This document shows, piece by piece, positions 51,073-57,850 of a stretch of 64,000 bases of DNA (position 1 is the first letter of the stretch; every line of letters begins with the position of its first letter). Location of the stretch: contig OY969802.1 in NCBI GenBank assembly GCA_963703235.1, forward strand, positions 1,805,782 to 1,869,781. The letters run 5' to 3'. Below the pieces are notes generated by a model, which was not told the origin of the DNA, searched no databases, and worked only from the letters and a program-made list of their open reading frames with translations. The DNA comes from an uncultured Solirubrobacterales bacterium (GTDB lineage: Bacteria > Actinomycetota > Thermoleophilia > Solirubrobacterales > 70-9). Position numbers and translations under genes: made by a program.

Positions 51073-51600
51073 TTGTCTGGCCTCGATGACCGAATCCCGA
51101 GCCCCGCGCGTCGAGCGGGCGCCGTGAGCACCCCGGACCCAGCCAGCTTCCGCAGCGCGATGGCGGCGCTGCCGACCGGGGTCACGGTGGTCAGCGCCAC
51201 CGGTCCGGACGGGCCGGCCGGGGCGACGACGAACGCTGTCTCCTCGCTCTCGATCGAGCCGATGCTGATGCTCGCCTGTCTCGACCGCGGCTCCCGCACC
51301 CTGCTCGCGGTGCAGGCGGCCAATCGCTTCGGGGTCAGCGTCCTGCACGCCGGCCAGGAGGAGATCGCCCGCGCCTTCGCGACCAAGGCGCCGGTGGCGG
51401 ACAAGTGGGAGGGCATCGGCTGGAGCGAGCGCGACGGCATCCCGGCGATCGACGGCGCCCTCGCCTGGGTCGCCTGCGACCTGCGCGACGTGATCGCCGG
51501 CGGCGACCACGTGATCGTCACCGGCGAGGTCCGCGACCTGGCGAGCGCCGAGGGCGACCCGCTCGTCTTCCACCGCGGCGAGTACCGGCCGCTGGGCTGA
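51073..51600 (+). CDS. flavin reductase-like FMN-binding protein
   Basis: Track ORF of 175 aa, TTG start (uncertain). Motifs FRSAMAALPTGVTVVS, NAVSSLSIEPMLMLACL and GDHVIVTGEV. Confidence 0.8.
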   Translation: MSGLDDRIPSPARRAGAVSTPDPASFRSAMAALPTGVTVVSATGPDGPAGATTNAVSSLSIEPMLMLACLDRGSRTLLAVQAANRFGVSVLHAGQEEIARAFATKAPVADKWEGIGWSERDGIPAIDGALAWVACDLRDVIAGGDHVIVTGEVRDLASAEGDPLVFHRGEYRPLG

Positions 51601-51627
51601 GGCGGGCGACCCGGGCGACCCCTGCCG

Positions 51628-52020
51628 CTAGTCCTGGCCGGCGCGGTGACAGACGGCCTCGATGTTGTTGCCGTCGGGATCGAGGACGAAGGCGCCGTAG
51701 TAACCGGGGTGGTAGATCGGGCGACGGCCGGGAGGCCCGTTGTCGGTGCCGCCAGCCGCCACGGCGGCGGCGTGGAAGGCGTCGACCTGCTCCGTCGTGC
51801 GAACGCCGAAGGCGACGTGCGTGCCGTGGACCGGCGGGCGGCCGCGGGAGCCGATCCAAAAGAACGGCTTCGGCCCCTGCTCGGTCTCCTTGCCGAAGCC
51901 GGCGGCGGTCCCCTCGACCGGTTCCATCAGCAGGCCGATCCCGAGCGGCTCCAGCGCTCGCTCGTAGAACGCCCTGCTGCGCTCGAAGTCGCTGACCTCG
52001 ATGCCCATGTGGTCGATCAC
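51628..52020 (-). CDS. VOC/glyoxalase-family protein
   Basis: The in-frame GTG at 52020 gives MIDHMGIEVSDFERSRAFYERAL... and ...GAFVLDPDGNNIEA. The upstream part of the track ORF is an artefact. Confidence 0.7.
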   Translation of the reverse strand: MIDHMGIEVSDFERSRAFYERALEPLGIGLLMEPVEGTAAGFGKETEQGPKPFFWIGSRGRPPVHGTHVAFGVRTTEQVDAFHAAAVAAGGTDNGPPGRRPIYHPGYYGAFVLDPDGNNIEAVCHRAGQD

Positions 52021-52093
52021 GGGTGCCACCCTACTGCCCCAAAACCGATGCCGGCGACCCATGCAAGGCGCAGCGAAAGTACGCTTTGCGGCG

Positions 52094-52525
52094 ATGGAGG
52101 CGGCGGCGACGACGCGGGAGCCATGGACCTTCGCCCAGAAGGCGGTCGTCGTGCTGGCGGCGCTGCAGCTGCTCTGGGCGACGGCGGGGCTGATCGCCGA
52201 GCCGAGCATCGACTTCGGCGAGGACGCGGTCACCGAGCGGGTGCTCGGGGTCGACTTCAACGGCGTCCACGCGCTCTCCGGCTTCCTCCTCTTCCTGCCC
52301 GCCTTCTACTTCGCCCTGCGACCTAAGTGGGCGCTCTACTACGCGATCTACGTCGCCGCCGCCCTGATCTCGACCGGGATCTGGGCGCTCTTCTCCACCC
52401 AGCCGGCCTGGGTCTTCACCTTCCCCAACAACTCGGCGGACGGCGTCTTCCACATCGTCACCGGCGTCGCCTTCGCCATCATCGCCGCGATCCAGCTCGG
52501 CCTGGACCGGCAACCCGATCGCTGA
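52094..52525 (+). CDS. four-helix membrane protein (DUF4383-like); start uncertain
   Basis: The track ORF starts at 52001 and overlaps the VOC gene. In-frame ATGs lie at 52061 and 52094. Hydrophobic helices and the motif FNGVHALSGF. Confidence 0.5.
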   Translation: MEAAATTREPWTFAQKAVVVLAALQLLWATAGLIAEPSIDFGEDAVTERVLGVDFNGVHALSGFLLFLPAFYFALRPKWALYYAIYVAAALISTGIWALFSTQPAWVFTFPNNSADGVFHIVTGVAFAIIAAIQLGLDRQPDR

Positions 52526-52591
52526 GTTCGCCTTTAGCCGCGCTATCCGCGGGAAAACGCAAACTCAGCGGGGGGCTGCGCCCAAGCCCGC

Positions 52592-53026
52592 CTAAAAGGC
52601 GGTGCTGGTGCCGGCGGCGCGGAGGCCGAGGAAGAGGATCACGCCGCAGCTGACGGCCATGATCCCCATCTCGCGGCGGACGATGGCGAGGGCGAGGGAT
52701 TGCTGACGTTCCGCGGGGAGGGATTCGAAGTCGAGGTCGCCCAGCTCGCGCTCGGCGGCGCCGGCGCGGGCGCCCTCGGCGAGGAAGGAGACGAGCAGGG
52801 GGAGGATGCCGTAGAGGTAGTGGATGTCGCTGCTGGCTTCGCGACCGCTGAAGACGAGCAGGCCGCCGAGCAGGGCCTGCAGGAAGACGGCGACCTGGGC
52901 CGCGCGAAGCAGATACCAGAAGGGAACGGAAGGGCGATCGCGGAGCCAGGCGATGCCGCCGAAGGCGAAGGCGAGCAGGTTGAGGACGATCAGTCCGACG
53001 CCGACTACGAGGTGCACCTCCGGCAT
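52592..53026 (-). CDS. hypothetical membrane protein (4 TM)
   Basis: Track ORF of 144 aa with a clean hydrophobic pattern. No family recognised. Confidence 0.5.
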   Translation of the reverse strand: MPEVHLVVGVGLIVLNLLAFAFGGIAWLRDRPSVPFWYLLRAAQVAVFLQALLGGLLVFSGREASSDIHYLYGILPLLVSFLAEGARAGAAERELGDLDFESLPAERQQSLALAIVRREMGIMAVSCGVILFLGLRAAGTSTAF

Positions 53027-53181
53027 CGCCCTATTTCCTCCCGAAAGGGTCGGGATTCCGCTTGCTGATGCGGAAAATCACTATGTAGCAAGTTGTCACA
53101 AGGTGGGTGTATAACAGCGGTTACACGCGGATCGCGCGGGTGCTGGTGCCCGCGTGCTGCCACCGCGCGTGAGACCTCCGA

Positions 53182-53559
53182 ATGCTGAAGAGCTACCTGC
53201 CGATACTCGTCTTTGCCTTCTTGGGCCTGACCGTGGGCACCGCCTTCGTGCTGCTCAACCACGTGATCGGGCCGAAGCGGTCGCGGCGGCCGACCGCGGC
53301 GAGCCGGCGCCAGGGCGAGCCGTACGAGTCCGGCATCCCGGTCAGCCCCTCGCACGGACTGCGCTTCGGCGTCAGCTTCTACCTGATCGCGATGCTCTTC
53401 ATCCTCTTCGACATCGAGGTGGTGTTCCTCTTCCCGATCGGGGTGATCCTGAAGGACGCCGACAGCCTCTTCGTGCTCGGCGAGCTGGTCGTCTTCGTCG
53501 TCCTGCTGCTGGTCGCCTTCGTCTACGTCTGGCGGAAGGGAGCGCTGGATTGGAGGTAG
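53182..53559 (+). CDS. nuoA: NADH-quinone oxidoreductase subunit A
   Basis: Track ORF of 125 aa. Motifs YESGI and FILFDIEVVFLFP. Confidence 0.9.
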   Translation: MLKSYLPILVFAFLGLTVGTAFVLLNHVIGPKRSRRPTAASRRQGEPYESGIPVSPSHGLRFGVSFYLIAMLFILFDIEVVFLFPIGVILKDADSLFVLGELVVFVVLLLVAFVYVWRKGALDWR

Positions 53560-53570
53560 AGCGACAGACG

Positions 53571-54218
53571 ATGCGCGAGCGCCAGCTGCGCGCCCGCGAC
53601 ATGCTGCGCGGCGACCTCGAGGGCGAGGAGCTGGAGCGCTATGTCGAGGAGCGGGTGGTGATGACCAACTTCGAGAAAATGCTCGGCTGGGCGCGGGCCA
53701 ACTCCTGCTTCCCGCTCACCTTCGGGCTCGCCTGCTGCGCGATCGAGGCCCCGATCTCGCTGGTCACCGCGCGCTATGACCTGGCCCGCTTCGGGGCGGA
53801 GGCGCTGCGGGCCTCGCCGCGGCAGGCCGACATGATCATCCTCTCGGGCCGGGTCTCGATCAAGATGGCGCCAGTCGTCCGCCGCCTCTACGACCAGATG
53901 CTGGAGCCGAAGTGGGCGATCTCGATGGGTGCCTGCTCCTCCAGCGGCGGCATGTTCTCCAACTACGCGGTGGTGCAGGGCGCCGACAAGTTCATGCCGA
54001 TCGACCTCCACATCCCCGGCTGCCCGCCGCGGCCGGAGGCGGTCCTCTACGGCTTCACCAAGCTGCAGCGCAAGATCATGGGCAGCCCCGACCAGGGCTG
54101 GCGCCAGCGCTACGACGCCGCCGGCACCGAGGAGTGGGCCCGCAGCGGGCCGCGCAGCGGGCCGAGCGCAGCGGAGGCGGATGCGTACGAGCGCACCAGG
54201 GAGCTGATCCGTGCCTGA
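53571..54218 (+). CDS. nuoB: NADH-quinone oxidoreductase subunit B (with N- and C-terminal extensions)
   Basis: Uses an internal ATG (53571). Motifs [18 protein letters not shown] and IPGCPPRPE. Confidence 0.9.
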   Translation: MRERQLRARDMLRGDLEGEELERYVEERVVMTNFEKMLGWARANSCFPLTFGLACCAIEAPISLVTARYDLARFGAEALRASPRQADMIILSGRVSIKMAPVVRRLYDQMLEPKWAISMGACSSSGGMFSNYAVVQGADKFMPIDLHIPGCPPRPEAVLYGFTKLQRKIMGSPDQGWRQRYDAAGTEEWARSGPRSGPSAAEADAYERTRELIRA

Positions 54219-54729
54219 CGCCCCTGGACTGGAGCTGATCCGGGGTGAGATCGAGCTGGACCACCCCGGCGCCGTGCTCGACACGAGCTTCGACCGCGGC
54301 CAACCGTCGCTGGTGGTCGACCCAAAGCAGGCGATCGCCGTCCTCACCTGGCTGCGCGAGGCTCCGGGCCACGAATACCGCTTTCTCTCAAGCCTCCACG
54401 CCGCGGACTACCTTCCGGCTACTCCACGCTTCGGAGTGCACTACGAGCTCCTGAACCGCGACCGAGTGGAGCGACTCAGGGTGAAGGCGATGCTGGAAGA
54501 CCCGGGCGAGGACGCGCTGCCCGAGATCGACTCCTGCGTAGAGCTGTTCCCGACGGCCGAGTTCCAAGAGAGGGAAGTCTTCGACTTCTTCGGGATCGTC
54601 TTCCGCGGCCACCCGAACCTGACCCGGATCCTGATGCCCGAGGACTACGTCGGCTGGCCGCAGCGGCGCGACTTCCCGGTCGGCGGCGAGCCGGTCACCT
54701 TCACCTACAACGAGCGCAACTATGGCTGA
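54211..54729 (+). CDS. nuoC: NADH-quinone oxidoreductase subunit C
   Basis: Track ORF of 172 aa, GTG start. Motif EREVFDFFGIVFRGHP. Confidence 0.9.
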   Translation: MPDAPGLELIRGEIELDHPGAVLDTSFDRGQPSLVVDPKQAIAVLTWLREAPGHEYRFLSSLHAADYLPATPRFGVHYELLNRDRVERLRVKAMLEDPGEDALPEIDSCVELFPTAEFQEREVFDFFGIVFRGHPNLTRILMPEDYVGWPQRRDFPVGGEPVTFTYNERNYG

Positions 54730-55906
54730 GGCGCAGCTCGACACCGAGGTGATGACGATCAACATCGGGCCGCACCACCCGGCCACGCACGGGGTGCTGC
54801 GCCTGGTCGTCGATCTCGAAGGCGAGGTCGTGCGCGAGCTGAAGCCGGTGATCGGCTACGTCCACACCGGGATCGAAAAGTCCTGCGAGGACAAGAGCTA
54901 CTGGAAGGTCATCCCCTTCGTCGAGCGGATGGATTACGTCTCCTACTTCTTCCAGATGGAGGCCTTCTGCGGCGCGGTCGAGCGGCTGGTCGACCTGGAG
55001 ATCCCGCCACGGGCCAGGTACCTGCGGACGATCTTCCTCGAGCTGAACCGGATCCACTCGCACCTGGTCTGGCTGGGTACGACGGCGCTCGATCTGGGTG
55101 CGATCTCGATGCTCTGGTACTGCTTCCGCGAGCGCGACAAGATCCTCGACCTGTTCGAGATGGCGACCGGACAGCGGATGCACACCCGCTACTTCCAGGT
55201 CGGCGGCGTGATCGAGGACATCCCGCTCGGCTTCGAGGCGAAGCTGCGCCAGTTCATCGCCGAGATGCCGGTCCGGGTCGGCCAGTACCAGGACCTGCTG
55301 GACCGCAACGAGGTCTTCCTCTCGCGGACCAAGAACGTGGGGATCGTGCCGCGGAAGCGGCTGCTGGAGCTGGGCGTGACCGGGCCGTTGCTGCGCGCCG
55401 CCGGCGAGCCCTGGGACCTGCGCAAGGCCTTCGACTACCTCGCCTACCCGGAGATGGACTTCAAGATCCCGGTCGGGACGGTCGGCGACAACTACGACCG
55501 CTACCGGGTGCGGGTCGCCGAGATGGTGGAGTCGGTGCGGATCGTCGAGCAGGCTCTCGACGGGCTGCCCGAGGGGCCCTTCATCGCCGACGACCGCAAG
55601 TACGTGCTGCCGCCGCGCTCGGAGCTGCCGACCTCGATGGAGTCCCTGATCCACCACTTCAAGCTGGTCACCGAGGGCTACCGGGTGGCGCCGGGCGAGG
55701 TCTACTACGCGATCGAGTCGCCGCGCGGCGAGCTGGGCTGTTTCGTCCTCGCCGACGGCTCCGCGAAGCCGGCCCGGGTCCACTACCGCGATCCGTCCTT
55801 CGTCAACCTGCAGGCCTTCCGCGATATGTCCGTGGACAGCTACGTCGCCGACATGATCGCCAGCCTGGGGATGCTCGACCCCATCCTCGGCGGGGTGGAC
55901 CGGTGA
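54722..55906 (+). CDS. nuoD: NADH-quinone oxidoreductase subunit D
   Basis: Track ORF of 394 aa. Motifs GPHHPATHGVLRL, HTGIEK and ESPRGELG. Confidence 0.95.
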   Translation: MAEAQLDTEVMTINIGPHHPATHGVLRLVVDLEGEVVRELKPVIGYVHTGIEKSCEDKSYWKVIPFVERMDYVSYFFQMEAFCGAVERLVDLEIPPRARYLRTIFLELNRIHSHLVWLGTTALDLGAISMLWYCFRERDKILDLFEMATGQRMHTRYFQVGGVIEDIPLGFEAKLRQFIAEMPVRVGQYQDLLDRNEVFLSRTKNVGIVPRKRLLELGVTGPLLRAAGEPWDLRKAFDYLAYPEMDFKIPVGTVGDNYDRYRVRVAEMVESVRIVEQALDGLPEGPFIADDRKYVLPPRSELPTSMESLIHHFKLVTEGYRVAPGEVYYAIESPRGELGCFVLADGSAKPARVHYRDPSFVNLQAFRDMSVDSYVADMIASLGMLDPILGGVDR

Positions 55907-56544
55907 GCGACGGTGTGCCCAACGGCAACGGCCTGCCGGTCGACCCGGCGGTCAGCGAGGGCCGGATTCCCGACCGCTCGCCGGAGCAGGTCCCGGAGCT
56001 GCACGAGGTCGACTGCCCGCCGGAGCTGCGCGAGCGCATCGAGGAGCTGATGTCGCGCTACCCCGATCGCCACTCGGCTTCGATCCCGGCGTTGTGGGCG
56101 GTGCAGCGCCGCTACGGCTGGTGCACGCCGGAGGGGATCCGGCAGGCGGCGGCGGTGATGCGCGTTACCCCCGCCTACCTGGAGTCGGTGGCGAGCTTCT
56201 ACGACCTCCTGCACACCGAGCCGGTCGGCGAGCACAAGGTCCACGTCTGCACCAACATCAGCTGCTGGATGCGGGGCGGCGACGAGCTGCTCGACGCGTT
56301 CGTGGCCGCGGCGGAGGGTGAGGACGTGTTCGTGACCGGCTTCGAGTGCCTCGGGGCCTGCGACATAGCTCCGATGGCCTCGATCGACGAGCGCTACTTC
56401 GGGCCGCTGGGGGCCGACGAAGCTGCGACCGCGATCGAGCAGCTGCTCGCCGGCGAGGACGTGCTGCCCGAGAAGGCCTTGGAGAAGCGGCCGCTGGCGG
56501 CTGACGTGGGGCGGGCGGGCGGGAACGGCGGGCGGGATGCCTGA
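55903..56544 (+). CDS. nuoE: NADH-quinone oxidoreductase subunit E
   Basis: Track ORF of 213 aa. The 2Fe-2S pattern is C-x4-C (VCTNISC) followed by CLGACD. Confidence 0.9.
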   Translation: MSDGVPNGNGLPVDPAVSEGRIPDRSPEQVPELHEVDCPPELRERIEELMSRYPDRHSASIPALWAVQRRYGWCTPEGIRQAAAVMRVTPAYLESVASFYDLLHTEPVGEHKVHVCTNISCWMRGGDELLDAFVAAAEGEDVFVTGFECLGACDIAPMASIDERYFGPLGADEAATAIEQLLAGEDVLPEKALEKRPLAADVGRAGGNGGRDA

Positions 56545-57850
56545 GACGCGCGTTCTGCTCGAGCACGCCGAGGACCCGGCGCTGCGCACTCTCGCCGGCT
56601 ACAAGAGCCGCGGCGGCTACGCGACCCTGGAGCGGGCCTACCGCGAGCTGGAGGCCGACGAGATCCTCAAGGAGCTCGAAGAGTCCGGGCTGCGGGGACG
56701 CGGCGGCGCCGGCTTCTCGATGGGCAAAAAGGCCTCCTTCCTGCCGCGCGGCGAGATGGCCAAGTACCTCTGCTGCAACGCCGACGAGTCCGAGCCCGGC
56801 GCCTTCAAGGACCGCGAGCTGATGCAGCGCAACCCACACCAGCTGATCGAGGGGATCGCGATCGCCGCGATCGCCGCCGACGCCGGCCACGCCTTCATCT
56901 TCATCCGCGGCGAGTACGACTTGCAGGCCGACGTCCTCGAGGCCGCCGTCGCCGAAGCCTACGAGGCGGGCTACCTGGGTCAGGACATCCTCGGCTCCCA
57001 CCGCGACCTGGAGCTGGTCGTCCACCGCGGCGCCGGCGCCTACATCTGCGGCGAGGAGACGGCGCTGCTCGACGCGCTCGAGGGCAAGCGCGGCAACCCG
57101 CGCCTGAAGCCGCCCTTCCCGGCCGTGCAGGGGCTCTACGGCGGGCCGACCCTGATCAACAACGTCGAGACGCTCTCCAACGTGCCGCGGATCGTCGCCA
57201 ACGGCGCCGAGTGGTTCCGCGGCTTCGGCACCGAGCAGTCGCCGGGGACCAAGGTCGTCTCGGTCTCCGGCTGCGTGCGGCGACCGGGCAACTACGAGGT
57301 CGAGCTGGGGGTGCCGACGCGGGAGTTGATCTACGACCTCGCCGGCGGTCCGCTCGAGGGCCGCGAGGTGAAGGCCTTCTATCCCGGCGGCTCCTCCTCC
57401 CCCGTTCTCACCGCCGAGGAGGGGCTCGACCTGCCCTACAGCTTCGAGGCGATGGCCGAGGCCGGCTCGATGCTCGGCTCGGGCTCGATCATCGTCGCCG
57501 ACGACAGGGTCTCGATCCCGCACATGGCGCTGCGCACGGCGCGCTTCTACCACCACGAGTCCTGCGGCAAGTGCACCCCCTGCCGCGAGGGGACGAACTG
57601 GACGGTGAAGATGCTGGAACGGGTGGTGCGCGGGGAGGCGACGCCGATGGACCTCGACATCGTCGCCTCGGTGCAGGAGAACATCATCGGCCACTGCCTC
57701 TGCGTCCTCGGCGACTCGATGGCGATGCCGGTAGGGGCAATGGTGCGCAAGTTCCGCGAGGAGTTCGAGGACACGATCGCCGTCGCCTCCGACGAGAGCC
57801 GGCTCGCCGCCGTCCAAGGCGTGCCCGAGACCCTGGGGGCGGCGACGTGA
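56537..57850 (+). CDS. nuoF: NADH-quinone oxidoreductase subunit F
   Basis: Track ORF of 437 aa. Motifs GRGGAGF, CNADESEPG and ESCGKCTPCREG. Confidence 0.95.
   Translation: MPETRVLLEHAEDPALRTLAGYKSRGGYATLERAYRELEADEILKELEESGLRGRGGAGFSMGKKASFLPRGEMAKYLCCNADESEPGAFKDRELMQRNPHQLIEGIAIAAIAADAGHAFIFIRGEYDLQADVLEAAVAEAYEAGYLGQDILGSHRDLELVVHRGAGAYICGEETALLDALEGKRGNPRLKPPFPAVQGLYGGPTLINNVETLSNVPRIVANGAEWFRGFGTEQSPGTKVVSVSGCVRRPGNYEVELGVPTRELIYDLAGGPLEGREVKAFYPGGSSSPVLTAEEGLDLPYSFEAMAEAGSMLGSGSIIVADDRVSIPHMALRTARFYHHESCGKCTPCREGTNWTVKMLERVVRGEATPMDLDIVASVQENIIGHCLCVLGDSMAMPVGAMVRKFREEFEDTIAVASDESRLAAVQGVPETLGAAT

Noticed and set aside
53027-53181. nuo promoter hexamers (for example TTGTCA or TATAAC around 53085-53110)
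   Set aside because: Several candidate -35/-10 pairs exist, but none has convincing spacing. They cannot be supported from sequence alone.
56258-57817. 519-aa ORF antisense to nuoF, and similar antisense ORFs across the nuo operon (for example 54701..55783, 57547..58782 and 60459..62084)
   Set aside because: The sense frames carry textbook complex I motifs. The antisense frames are low-complexity artefacts.
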